Assembly: GCF_002214165.1 (NCBI RefSeq)
Contig: NZ_CP019964.1
Span: forward strand, 330,001 to 362,000
Source of the DNA: Candidatus Saccharimonadota bacterium
GTDB lineage: Archaea; Micrarchaeota; Micrarchaeia; Micrarchaeales; Micrarchaeaceae
Length of the DNA stretch: 32,000 bases
Reading direction: 5' to 3'
Under the pieces are notes generated by a model. That model did not search any database, was not told the origin of the DNA, and was given only the letters and a program-made list of their open reading frames with translations. Positions 16,965 to 26,593 of this stretch are shown here, in pieces. Within the stretch, counting starts at the first letter, position 1; each line of letters starts with the position of its first letter. The position numbers and the translations under genes are program-made.

Positions 16965-17282
16965 ATGGATCTCAATGAGTACCAGAAGGCAAGCAGGAGG
17001 ACAAAGATGTATCCGGAAAAACTGGATGGAGGAATATATTATTCCACATTAGGGCTATGCGGAGAGGCAGGAGAACTTGCTAACAAGGTCAAGAAGATAG
17101 CAAGGGACAATAATCTCGACAAGGAAGGGATAAAAGGAGAGCTTGGGGACATACTGTGGTATGTTGCATCCGTATCAGAGGAGATTGGATACAGCCTGGA
17201 GGAGATTGCCAACTATAACCTCGAGAAGCTTAACAAGAGGATGGAAGAGGGAAAGATAAGCGGCAATGGGGATGAAAGATAA
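16965..17282 (+). CDS. MazG-like all-alpha nucleotide pyrophosphohydrolase
   Basis: 105 aa with LCGEAGELANKVKK (ExxE) and ELGDILWY (ExxD) metal-binding helices. Confidence 0.85.
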   Translation: MDLNEYQKASRRTKMYPEKLDGGIYYSTLGLCGEAGELANKVKKIARDNNLDKEGIKGELGDILWYVASVSEEIGYSLEEIANYNLEKLNKRMEEGKISGNGDER

Positions 17283-17348
17283 TAAAATAATGAATTGCAC
17301 AAAAAGTTTAAATTCAATTTATTTTCCATATTCGATAGGTGGCCGGAT

Positions 17349-17525
17349 ATGGAAGGTAAAGAGATTAATAAGCTTACGTATGAGATAGAAGTCAAGGCAC
17401 AGCTCACGGATGCGGAATACAAAGGGCTTGCCAATGTCCTCAAGAAGTACAATGTAGAGAGTATAATACTGGAGGAGGATAAGCAAATATATAAATTCGT
17501 AATAAGTGTGAGCCATAAGGCATAG
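17349..17525 (+). CDS. 58-aa ORF resembling the N-terminal strands of a CYTH (triphosphate tunnel) domain; possibly a gene remnant
   Basis: MEGKEINKLTYEIEVKAQL carries the ExExK hallmark. EEDKQIYKF resembles the second CYTH strand. TATA-like GTTTAAATTC lies 35-40 nt upstream. It is far too short for a full CYTH domain. Confidence 0.35.
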   Translation: MEGKEINKLTYEIEVKAQLTDAEYKGLANVLKKYNVESIILEEDKQIYKFVISVSHKA

Positions 17526-17589
17526 CGCATCCGGACAACAGCACAATTGCCTGCCTATTGCAGCTACAAGGACGTATACAACATTCTGC

Positions 17590-20211
17590 TCAATGCGTAT
17601 CCTTTGCCCTATATTCATTGAACAGCTTTATGTTTGCCTTCATGAATTCTACAGATTTTGCTAGCTGTGGCCTCATCACATCGGAAGGCTTGTTGGTCCT
17701 GAAGAAGTCGACAACATCTTCAAGCACTATAGGATCTGAAACTGTTTCCAGCACCTTGAGAAGCCCGCTCCAATAAGAGGAATTTTCCGGATAAGCATTT
17801 CTTATAATGCTCCAATTCTCCTTGATCCACCTCCATATTATCTTTTTGCCATAGGGGTTGGCTATGAAATGCTTGAGTGAATTTGAGGTTATATTGCCAG
17901 AAATTACCTGGGGTATCTGCAATGAATCCTGCAGCCTAACATTATTAGAGTAAGATATTGAAAGTGCCTTCTCCTGCAGGGAAATATCCTTAAACAAGCC
18001 CAACGAAACAAGCATCTTGAATTTCTCCTCAGTCACTTTTTCCCTTAGATACATCCCAAGCATTTCATCAAATTCCTTTTTCCCTCCATTGAAGGCAACT
18101 GTGGAATATACCGCAAAAGTCAAGTTCCCGTGAAGACCTCCCAATTTCCCTTTAAGTAAATCCTTGTAATAAGCTCTGGCCTTCTTTACAACAGGAGCAT
18201 ATCCAAGCATCCCAAGATTGCATATCACGTTCAGCTTAAAAATCTCATCTGTATTATTGGTAGGTGTGTAATCCCAACTATACCTCTTGAACTGCTTCTT
18301 TAGGTAGTCCAAAAGCAGCACCCTCACATCATCGGCTCCGTTGTCCGCGTAAAGAACAGTGTACAGGCTGTTCAAGGAATCTATTATGCGGTTATTTGCC
18401 GGATATCCAACATCCATTGCATACCGCTCTATGAAGTGCAGATAGATATTCAGTTTTATACTGCCAGCGCGGACATAATTGTAAAGGTCATCCAATACCC
18501 CCCAAGCGTCAATATCACTTAATTCCTTGTTTCTTATTAATTCACCTATCCTTGATAGAAGTTCGCCTTCATAATAAACCCGGTATATGCCCTTTTGCCC
18601 GAAATTTAATTTTATGGCACCTATACCAATTGCCTTTAAGCTTCCTTCCTTTCTATCGAGTATGAATAATGATTCTGAGGTTTTTTTCTTGTCTACTAAA
18701 GCATATTTGATAGGAATTTTCCAAGTGCCTTTGCTATTTGAATCATGGCTGCCAGCCATTATGAACCGCTTTTGGGACACCCTTATGAGTGTTTCATTGC
18801 TCTCTGAGGATAAGCTTGCAGGACCTACAATCACTTCGGGATAACCCGCTTTTGTTATCCACGATTTCATCATTTCCTTGACTTCCTTTGAACTGCCCCT
18901 TTTACCTGATTCATCTTCAAGAGACTTCCAAAGGTCTTCTTTGGCGGCGTTTGAATATTTAAATGAGTTAAGGTAATTATGAAGCCCCTCCCTGAAATGC
19001 TTTTCCCCCAAGTAGTTCTCAAGCATAGCCAAAACGCTCGCCCCCTTCTCATAGCTTATAGAATCAAACAGGGAGCTTATCTGCCCCGGGCTGCTTACCT
19101 TTACGCTGATCGGGTGTGTTGCCCTGAATTGGTCATAGTACATTGCGTTTTTAAATTCATTCTCATAAAATTGGTCTTCAGCGCCTATAGACTTTATTGT
19201 TGCCGATACAGCCTTATAACTCATGAACGTGGCAAAGCTTTCGTTTAGCCATAAATCGTCCCACCATTTCATAGTAACAAGGTCCCCAAACCACTGGTGT
19301 GCCAATTCATGTGCCACTGTGATTGATATGCGCTCCTTTGTTACCGCTGATGAATTTTCATCCCCAAATATAACAGTGTCCCTGAAAGTTATTGCCCCCC
19401 AATTCTCCATTGCGCCCGCAGAGAAGTCTGGTACTGTTATAAGGTCAAGCTTTGGCATAGGGTAAGGAATGCCAAAGTAATTTGCGTAGAAATCAACGAA
19501 TTTCCTGCAGTACTCGAGAGCCATAGAAGCATATGGCTTCTTTCCCTTCTGCGTGACAACTCTTATAGGCAGGTCGCCAAGGCTGCCATTCACGTAATCA
19601 AATTTTCCCACCCCTAAATAGACAAGGTAAGTTGACATTAATGGTGTCCTCCTGAATGATACAATCTTGTTTGCTCCCTTATTAACTACCGATTTCTGTG
19701 GCATATTTGAAATAGCATCAAATTCTTTAGGTATAAGGAATGATATGTCAAAGGTAGCTTTCATGTCTGGCTGATCAAAGCAAGGGAATGCTGCCCTTGC
19801 ATCGCCTGCCTCAAATTGCGAAGAAAGCATATACTCCTGCCTTCCATTATAAGTATAAGAGCTCCTATAAAATCCATACATTTTGTCATTGTTTGATCCT
19901 ATGAATTTGATCTTTATTACCGCGCCTCCCTTGATTTTTTTTGGTAGTCCCAGTTCTACAGTCTCATTTAGCTTATTGTATTTCAATTTTACGCTGTAGG
20001 ATTTTTTTCCGGATTCAACCATAGCTTCTTTGATTGCAATCTCCCTGCAATTAACCGCTATTCTATCAGTAGATTTGGAAATGTTTACCTCTATTTCCTC
20101 ATCCCCCATATAAGTAAATTTATTGAAATCCGGCTTAAAAACAAGTTTATAATTTATGGGTTTTATACTTCCGGTCAATAAATTGGTTACTTCTGCCATA
20201 CCACTCATCAT
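17590..20211 (-). CDS. M1-family zinc aminopeptidase (tricorn-interacting-factor F2/F3-like)
   Basis: GAMENWG exopeptidase motif and HELAHQWFGDLVT...LWLNESFA (HExxH-x18-E). 873 aa with a long helical C-terminal domain. Confidence 0.95.
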   Translation of the reverse strand: MMSGMAEVTNLLTGSIKPINYKLVFKPDFNKFTYMGDEEIEVNISKSTDRIAVNCREIAIKEAMVESGKKSYSVKLKYNKLNETVELGLPKKIKGGAVIKIKFIGSNNDKMYGFYRSSYTYNGRQEYMLSSQFEAGDARAAFPCFDQPDMKATFDISFLIPKEFDAISNMPQKSVVNKGANKIVSFRRTPLMSTYLVYLGVGKFDYVNGSLGDLPIRVVTQKGKKPYASMALEYCRKFVDFYANYFGIPYPMPKLDLITVPDFSAGAMENWGAITFRDTVIFGDENSSAVTKERISITVAHELAHQWFGDLVTMKWWDDLWLNESFATFMSYKAVSATIKSIGAEDQFYENEFKNAMYYDQFRATHPISVKVSSPGQISSLFDSISYEKGASVLAMLENYLGEKHFREGLHNYLNSFKYSNAAKEDLWKSLEDESGKRGSSKEVKEMMKSWITKAGYPEVIVGPASLSSESNETLIRVSQKRFIMAGSHDSNSKGTWKIPIKYALVDKKKTSESLFILDRKEGSLKAIGIGAIKLNFGQKGIYRVYYEGELLSRIGELIRNKELSDIDAWGVLDDLYNYVRAGSIKLNIYLHFIERYAMDVGYPANNRIIDSLNSLYTVLYADNGADDVRVLLLDYLKKQFKRYSWDYTPTNNTDEIFKLNVICNLGMLGYAPVVKKARAYYKDLLKGKLGGLHGNLTFAVYSTVAFNGGKKEFDEMLGMYLREKVTEEKFKMLVSLGLFKDISLQEKALSISYSNNVRLQDSLQIPQVISGNITSNSLKHFIANPYGKKIIWRWIKENWSIIRNAYPENSSYWSGLLKVLETVSDPIVLEDVVDFFRTNKPSDVMRPQLAKSVEFMKANIKLFNEYRAKDTH

Positions 20212-20401
20212 TTATATATAACAGGCAAAAGATTTATTTATATCACATATGTAAAAACAGAGAATAATAAAAAATAGGAATTAATACGTAATTTTTTGGC
20301 ATTATAAAGCCAACCATAAAAAGTTGCTTTCTTCAATGCCAAATCCTATATGTTTTATGCCATTTTCGATAAAAACCAAAAAAGCCCTAATAAATAAGGA
20401 A

Positions 20402-21220
20402 TTACTTCCTCAATTCCACAGGCATTCTGCTTTCCATGTACGTTTTTTCCACAGCCCCCTTGTCATATATGAACTCTTTTAACTGTGAACTATCTATCCT
20501 TGAAAGCACGTTGAAAATCTCATCAGAATTGCCATCAAGCTTCTCTATCAAAACGTTAACCCTTGCGGGGTTCATCCATTTCAAAAACTTATCAAAGTAT
20601 TTAGGGTCGGAATACACTTTTTCCGTCTTTCTAATCAAGCTCTGGTATTTATCAAGATCCTTAGAATTGGTTTTTGATAACTCCTCCTCCCATGACTTTA
20701 AGTTTTGTAGGTGATTTTTAATCTCTATGCTATACATATCTTGAAGCAAGTAAAAAGTAATTTTTATCTTACCTCCAAATATCCCTTTTTTATCTACACT
20801 GCCAAATACTCCAACTCTATCCTTAAAGGCAGTATAATTTTCCATATAACCTCTTCCCTTTATAAAGCTTTTTAAATTACCGTTTTCAACCTCTTTCAAA
20901 GCTATCTTGTTATGTCTACTTACTTCTCGTACGCTTTCCTTTGCCGCATCCAAATTCAGGCTTATCTCGGAATAAACATCCCCTTTCTTAAGGTTGTCTA
21001 AATCTACCCTTTTGCCTGTAAAAATTATACGTTGGTCCGTGATTATAACATCACCAGATTTTGGTGAATTTGTATCAGTATAACTAAAATCATATTTTGC
21101 ATCTTTAAATACATCAAGTACCTTTTCTCCATCATGAAGTAACTTGCTATAAAACTCACCGCTTTCCTTTTCTATCCTTTTTTCTGCCATTCCTTTTTGA
21201 ACCGCTTTAACGAATCCCAT
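20402..21220 (-). CDS. hypothetical protein, 272 aa, N-terminal PH/GRAM-like segment
   Basis: ORF with an ATG start. GEKVLDVF...GDVIITDQRIIFTGKR resembles bacterial PH-like (YokE/GRAM-type) domains. The C-terminal ~100 aa look helical. There is no confident family assignment. Confidence 0.55.
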   Translation of the reverse strand: MGFVKAVQKGMAEKRIEKESGEFYSKLLHDGEKVLDVFKDAKYDFSYTDTNSPKSGDVIITDQRIIFTGKRVDLDNLKKGDVYSEISLNLDAAKESVREVSRHNKIALKEVENGNLKSFIKGRGYMENYTAFKDRVGVFGSVDKKGIFGGKIKITFYLLQDMYSIEIKNHLQNLKSWEEELSKTNSKDLDKYQSLIRKTEKVYSDPKYFDKFLKWMNPARVNVLIEKLDGNSDEIFNVLSRIDSSQLKEFIYDKGAVEKTYMESRMPVELRK

Positions 21221-21291
21221 AACATCACTAAATAAAGTTTAGATTTTATATAATATTTATATTTATCTTAACCTCTATGCTAGGTTTATTG

Positions 21292-21327
21292 GAATAAATA
21301 TTTTGCATAATATAGAATAAATATTTT
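21292..21327 (+). promoter_or_regulatory. duplicated 13-bp AT-rich element GAATAAATATTTT (21292-21304 and 21315-21327); the second copy is at TATA-box distance from ATG 21345
   Basis: Exact direct repeat with 23-bp periodicity, read from the sequence. The second copy is centred about 25 nt upstream of the start codon, consistent with a leaderless promoter. Confidence 0.35.
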
Positions 21328-21344
21328 TAAACTTAAATAATTGT

Positions 21345-21665
21345 ATGGCAAAAATACTTTCTATAGTGATGAGTGGAGAAAAAGCGAAGATAAAAATGGC
21401 ATTGAACTTTACTTCCGAAATGCTGAAGCAGGGAAAGGATGTAAAGTTGATGTTTTGGGGGCCCAGTGAAGGAGTTATTGCAGAGGATGCCGAACTGCAG
21501 GAGGGGTTAAAGAAGGTTTCAGAGGTTCTTCATCCACTAGCATGCATAAACTTTGCAAGAAACAACAACCTTGAGGAGAAATTGAAAGGAAAAGTTGACC
21601 TTCAGCCAATAGGAAAATACATAGCAGAAAGCGTAGACGATGGGTATTCCATATTAAGCTTCTGA
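21345..21665 (+). CDS. DsrE/DsrF-like sulfur-relay fold protein
   Basis: 106 aa. KILSIVMSG...ALNF...GKDVKLMFWGPSEGV and a conserved-looking Cys in HPLACINFA match the DsrE-like small alpha/beta pattern. This is a manual match only. Confidence 0.55.
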   Translation: MAKILSIVMSGEKAKIKMALNFTSEMLKQGKDVKLMFWGPSEGVIAEDAELQEGLKKVSEVLHPLACINFARNNNLEEKLKGKVDLQPIGKYIAESVDDGYSILSF

Positions 21666-21687
21666 AACGCTTGCTTAAAGTTATGAC

Positions 21688-21710
21688 TTTATTTTATTTT
21701 TCTAGTTTTT
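21688..21710 (+). terminator. oligo-T tracts downstream of the DsrE-like gene
   Basis: TTTATTTTATTTTTCTAGTTTTT begins 23 nt after the stop codon, giving several T4-T5 runs. Confidence 0.4.
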
Positions 21711-21825
21711 CTGCCCTAAATATACTTGCGGCGGAATAGCACAGGATACTCTACTTATAATAAAACCAGAACTGCCAATGAAGCCCTGGAATTGAATCAC
21801 AAACTGAAATGCGCATTTGCCAAAA

Positions 21826-23613
21826 TCAATTCTCAATTCCATAAATATAGCGCTTTCCTCTTAAAGCCGAAGCTATTGCAGCTATAAGAGCCATCCCTGA
21901 ACCTATATAGAGGACCAATTTCATACCATCCATAAACGGCTTTGAAAGCAGATGTGGGAAGAAGGAAAGTCCTGTAACTTCTGTTTTAGTCGAATTTGGC
22001 AATGCACTGTAAACGCTTGCGGGAAGCAGCGTCTTCATAGGATTATACCCAAGGAATGCAGAGAACAAAGCCGCGGTGGGAGGAAGCTTTGAAATTTGCA
22101 TGGAGGCATTTGCAGGTATCCCTGCATTAACCATCCCGCTGTAAAGTGCGGTTGATAGCTCTGTAGACATGCCAAGGATCAGTATAGTGAAGAACAGTGC
22201 CATGCTGAACATGAAAGATATATTCGTGAATGTGGATCTCATGCCCGATGCCGACCCTCTTGTATTTTCAGGCACCGAATTCATTATAGCTGTTGTATTC
22301 GGAGCGGAGAACAGTCCCTGCCCCAATCCAAGCGAAAACGTTATGATTGCGAATAAAATGTAACTGAAGTCCGCAGGCAATGCTGCCAAAGCCAAGAACC
22401 CAACGAAATTGATAAGCATTCCAAGTGTTGAGAATAACCTCGCTCCATACCTGTCTGAAAGGTAACCGGAGATTGGGCCAAAGATTATGAATCCCATCAT
22501 GAATGGTATTAGGTCTATTGCAGCATCAAAAGGTGTCTTGCTGAAATGAACTCCATGAAGTGGAAGCCATATGCCATCCAGCCAAATTATGAGCATGAAC
22601 TGCAACCCTCCCCTTGCAATGCCTGCTAAAAGCAAGCTCAAGTTACCAAATAAGAATGCCTTAATCTTAAATAGCTGGAGCCTGAACATAGGGAACTTGG
22701 ATTTCAGCTCTATATAGGCAAAAGGTATCATAAGCACTATGCCAGCTATTATGGTTCCATATACAAATGGATTGCCCCATCCTGTGGGATTTCCATTGTA
22801 ACCAACTATGGAGTAAGTCAATCCCAAAAGTATAAGCATTATTCCGGCTGCAAATAGCACATTTCCAGGAATGTCGAATTTCTGGTCCTTTTCTATAGAA
22901 GCTATCTCATGTAGCTCCAAGTATGCCCATAGGGTTCCGGCTATGCCAAAAGGTATACTTATCAAGAATACAAGATGCCAGTCAATTGCAGCTAGCAGCC
23001 CACCTACGATTAAGCCTATAAGGCCGCCCCCAACTGCAGCAATCTGGTTGAAACCCATAGCCCTGCCCCTCATAGTATGAGGGAAGGCATCGGTAAGTAT
23101 CGCAGTGCTATTTGCAAACAAGAAAGCACCTCCAACTCCTTGGAATAGCCTCAATAATATAAGGGACAATGCACCATCAACCCCAGTAATGTAAAGCGAG
23201 GATATGTAAAGCGCTATTGATCCAATTGTGAATATCAAGAATCCGAGGTTGTATAATTTCACCCTTCCAAACATATCAGACAGCCTTCCTATTGTAACTG
23301 TGAATATGGCAGTTATCACATTGTATCCTAGCAAAAGCCAAAGCAGAAGGCCGAAGTTTGAAGACACCAATGGATTTATGTTCAATCCCCTGAATATTGC
23401 AGGCAACGCAATTAATAGTATGGATCCGTTCATGGCAGCCATCAAGGCCCCCAATGTAGTGTTAGTCAATGCAACCCACTTGTAGTGCTTCCCATACCTG
23501 CTCTCCTTTTCCATCTCCTCTTTTTCGAGTTTGTCCTCTCTTTCTTCGTAATTACTTTCGTCTTTAGAAGTAGGTTTCTTTTTATTTAAGCGAGTGCCAT
23601 TGCCGGTATCCAT
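21826..23613 (-). CDS. MFS transporter, DHA2 (EmrB/QacA-like, ~14 TM) type
   Basis: 595 aa, many TM segments and the MFS motif GRLSDMFGRVKLY. It has a ~45-aa charged N-terminal extension. Confidence 0.9.
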   Translation of the reverse strand: MDTGNGTRLNKKKPTSKDESNYEEREDKLEKEEMEKESRYGKHYKWVALTNTTLGALMAAMNGSILLIALPAIFRGLNINPLVSSNFGLLLWLLLGYNVITAIFTVTIGRLSDMFGRVKLYNLGFLIFTIGSIALYISSLYITGVDGALSLILLRLFQGVGGAFLFANSTAILTDAFPHTMRGRAMGFNQIAAVGGGLIGLIVGGLLAAIDWHLVFLISIPFGIAGTLWAYLELHEIASIEKDQKFDIPGNVLFAAGIMLILLGLTYSIVGYNGNPTGWGNPFVYGTIIAGIVLMIPFAYIELKSKFPMFRLQLFKIKAFLFGNLSLLLAGIARGGLQFMLIIWLDGIWLPLHGVHFSKTPFDAAIDLIPFMMGFIIFGPISGYLSDRYGARLFSTLGMLINFVGFLALAALPADFSYILFAIITFSLGLGQGLFSAPNTTAIMNSVPENTRGSASGMRSTFTNISFMFSMALFFTILILGMSTELSTALYSGMVNAGIPANASMQISKLPPTAALFSAFLGYNPMKTLLPASVYSALPNSTKTEVTGLSFFPHLLSKPFMDGMKLVLYIGSGMALIAAIASALRGKRYIYGIEN

Positions 23614-23715
23614 TTAACATGCCCTGCGAAAATTTGATTGGTTTTATTTTAAACTAAATCTATATAAACGTTTGTAAAGCGTGCTTTTATTTAATATTAA
23701 AAATATCCCAATTGC

Positions 23716-24720
23716 TTAGGCAAAAACTATAATGTAAAATATTAGAATTGAAGCTATGGAAAGAGTAATATTGTCATCCATCTTTATAGGAAGGCTCTCA
23801 ACCAACGCCAATACTACGGATATTAATATGGCGATAGGCCCAACCAGCAGATAGCCCAATATGCCCCCTATTGCGAAGAATGCCAATGTCCCAGACACTG
23901 TCTTTTTACTATTGTAAGGCAGTTTTAACTTGTTGAACTTAATCCCGAATATTGTTGCTGCCGAATCAGAAAAGAAAAGCACTATAAGGAAGAATGCGGC
24001 GTAATTAGCAACTGTTGCAAATGAAATTATCAGCATTGTTCCAAAAGCCAAGGTCAATGCACCGAACCCATATATATCAGACCTCCTTTCCAGTTCATGG
24101 AATAATGATGCAAAGCCTTTATCTGTATCATATATGTAGGAATTGAATATGTATCCAAGCAAAATAAGCATAGGTATAATTTCCATATAATATTTAGGCA
24201 AAATAAATATTATCGATATAACAATAACCCCAAGCGTCAATTCAAACAAATCTCTATCTGTCTCTATGTGGGTGGTGCCGTTTGACTTTTTGCTGAAATT
24301 CAAGTACACTGCTTCAAGCCCAAATAATGACCCTATGCTTATGGATCTAAGGGCAAGGTTCAACAGCAACCCATTATTGGCATACAATATCACCAATGCG
24401 ATTAACAATGCAGTGAAAGCGATGAACAGCTTCTTGTCAACACCATATAAACCTAGTAGGAGGTACGAGGAATCAGCAATGAGAATTGATGCCAGGACCA
24501 GGAGAGTTGAATGGCTGAACAGTGACACCGCGCCGATTACCAATGAAAGGGCAATTACTTGCACCAACTTTTCAAGTGCCAAGTTATTTATCCTAAATAT
24601 TGATGCCTTCCTTTTCTTTATTAAGTTGAATTTATACTTATACTCAATTAAGATTAGCAAGAATAAGATTAACGAATAGGATAGGTAAACCAAATAGTTC
24701 GCAGAGAAATTCATTATCAC
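23716..24720 (-). CDS. polyprenol/dolichol kinase-like membrane protein (CTP-dependent kinase / cytidylyltransferase superfamily)
   Basis: Polytopic membrane protein. C-terminal FFSDSAATIFGIKFNKLKLPYNSKKTVSGTLAFFAIGG matches the D-x-x-A-x-x-x-G...K-[ST]-x-x-G-[ST] pattern of Sec59/DolK-type enzymes. GTG 24720 or ATG 24714 lies 1-7 nt after the upstream stop. Confidence 0.65.
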   Translation of the reverse strand: MIMNFSANYLVYLSYSLILFLLILIEYKYKFNLIKKRKASIFRINNLALEKLVQVIALSLVIGAVSLFSHSTLLVLASILIADSSYLLLGLYGVDKKLFIAFTALLIALVILYANNGLLLNLALRSISIGSLFGLEAVYLNFSKKSNGTTHIETDRDLFELTLGVIVISIIFILPKYYMEIIPMLILLGYIFNSYIYDTDKGFASLFHELERRSDIYGFGALTLAFGTMLIISFATVANYAAFFLIVLFFSDSAATIFGIKFNKLKLPYNSKKTVSGTLAFFAIGGILGYLLVGPIAILISVVLALVESLPIKMDDNITLSIASILIFYIIVFA

Positions 24721-24721
24721 A

Positions 24722-26587
24722 CTAAATTACGTATATTATCCATGCAGCCAAAAAGAACCCTCCTATTATTACAAGAGGTACTGCCAATTTTGCTATTGCT
24801 ATCATTGAATTTAGGGTTGTAACTATCTTGTCTCTTCCATTTGCACCCCATATCTTGAAGTTTTTCATCTTTATGCTGGAATGCCCTATGGTGCATTCCG
24901 ACATGTCCTCAACTGCAGACTCTATGCCTTGATCTACCATCTTTTCAAGCTCTTTTGAGTACTTTGTGTGCAGACCTAAGACATTGCTGGCCGTAAGCTT
25001 GAAAGAGTTTACAAAATGTGTATCAGTAGAATACACTTCACCATACATCCCGTATTTCTTCCGGATGTGGTTAACCAGTGATTCCCTAAACTGTGGTTTT
25101 ACATTGTTTGCATTAAAATATATCATGCAGTACTTGAATTTGCCAAAAGAAAGCACAGATATATTCATGTTTCCCGGAGCTATATCCACACCGCAGTTAA
25201 TTTTTGATGCAGGGTTCACCGAATAAAACCCTGCCTTAAGCTTTCCTTTGCTTATCCTGTGCAAAGACGATATAGCTTTAATGTAATCGTTTGCGATTCC
25301 CGAATTTATCTTCACAGATTCCAATTCCTTCTTTGGGGCAGATTCATACCTCGCATTATGTGCATCAATCATAATAGGATGTTTAACATATGCCTGTAAA
25401 GCACTTTTAAACAATGTTGCTGTCTCAGGTGCTATATCCTCTGTTACCCTTGGAGCGCGCGTAAAGGTCGCTATACCAAAAGACCCAAATTTGATGAGTG
25501 TAACCTTTGCAGTTTTATAACCTCCCTCATAAAATTCAGAGTTATCTGAAAAATTAAGCCTGATGGAGGATTTAACTCCTTGCGACAATGCGGATTTTAC
25601 CTTTCCGTATTCGCTGCTTGACACTGCATTATAATCATCGCTTACAGTCGGGTGCATTATAATTGTAGTTGCCTTATAATTCCCTACCGAATACTTTTCC
25701 AGCAGGTAAGGGAAATTGCTACTACCTATAGTGCCCATAGGTCCATAATGCAAATTCGGCACAAAAAATATGCCTTTAACCTTGCCAGAAGGGTCCTTGA
25801 ACACGATGGTGTCGGTATTTACATTATAACTTGGCGAGTTGCTCATGATAGGCTGTGGAATCATTATATTAACATTAAATAGCCAATCCTGAAGCATTTG
25901 AGTAAACACATCAAATCCGCTGTATCCAAGAGATTTTTTAATCGGCGAATCTATAAAGTAAATTATCACATATGCAATCAGAAGGAATACAAATATCCCA
26001 AAGTATAATTTCACAAGGAGTATCTTAAGTGGAAGCACCGGTATAAGCAGTATCTTAAATACCGGAATAAGGAAAAGAAGGTTCAAAGTTGGCTGTATCA
26101 GTGAGGTCAATGCCGATGCCTTCCTTTCATTAAGTAGTATCTTTGATACAAAGAACCACCATGCGTATATTGCAGCATCTCCTAAAAGTATTACAAGGAC
26201 GCCCAATGCAGCTATCCCTGTCAATGAGGCTATTGAAACCGATAGCATTACAAATACCCCATATGAAAGCAAAGAAATCATAGAAGAAAATAGTATGTAC
26301 TTCAAAGTCACATACCTTTTCATTGCCTTAAATGCAATTATTGTCATGGTAAATGGCACTATAAGTGCGACTATGCCAACCAGTACTCCGCTTGCCATGA
26401 CGCTTCCCAAGTTGCTCAAAAATATGCTGTGCCCCGCAATTGAGGAGGATATGATTCCTATCAGCAAGCTGTATATTATTGAAATAATAAGCAGTGTACG
26501 AGTTCCCGGCAAACTCTTCGAGAAAACCTTTACATTGCTCAATGCCCCTTCGTAGCTTTTAAATTTTGAAGCTTCAGATTTTTCCAT
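24722..26587 (-). CDS. multi-TM membrane protein with a large extramembrane domain (DUF2070 / COG3356-like)
   Basis: About 6-7 N-terminal TM helices, a ~340-aa soluble region with HYGPMG, IMHPTVSDD, IDAHNA and STDTH motifs, then one C-terminal TM. Start set at ATG 26587 because AAGGAGT (26594-26600) lies 6 nt upstream. The TTG at 26623 is rejected. Confidence 0.7.
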   Translation of the reverse strand: MEKSEASKFKSYEGALSNVKVFSKSLPGTRTLLIISIIYSLLIGIISSSIAGHSIFLSNLGSVMASGVLVGIVALIVPFTMTIIAFKAMKRYVTLKYILFSSMISLLSYGVFVMLSVSIASLTGIAALGVLVILLGDAAIYAWWFFVSKILLNERKASALTSLIQPTLNLLFLIPVFKILLIPVLPLKILLVKLYFGIFVFLLIAYVIIYFIDSPIKKSLGYSGFDVFTQMLQDWLFNVNIMIPQPIMSNSPSYNVNTDTIVFKDPSGKVKGIFFVPNLHYGPMGTIGSSNFPYLLEKYSVGNYKATTIIMHPTVSDDYNAVSSSEYGKVKSALSQGVKSSIRLNFSDNSEFYEGGYKTAKVTLIKFGSFGIATFTRAPRVTEDIAPETATLFKSALQAYVKHPIMIDAHNARYESAPKKELESVKINSGIANDYIKAISSLHRISKGKLKAGFYSVNPASKINCGVDIAPGNMNISVLSFGKFKYCMIYFNANNVKPQFRESLVNHIRKKYGMYGEVYSTDTHFVNSFKLTASNVLGLHTKYSKELEKMVDQGIESAVEDMSECTIGHSSIKMKNFKIWGANGRDKIVTTLNSMIAIAKLAVPLVIIGGFFLAAWIIYVI

Positions 26588-26593
26588 CAAGAC

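Noticed and set aside
24266-24679. A 137-aa antisense ORF inside the dolichol-kinase-like gene.
   Set aside because: It is the mirror frame of a hydrophobic membrane CDS and has no independent signals.
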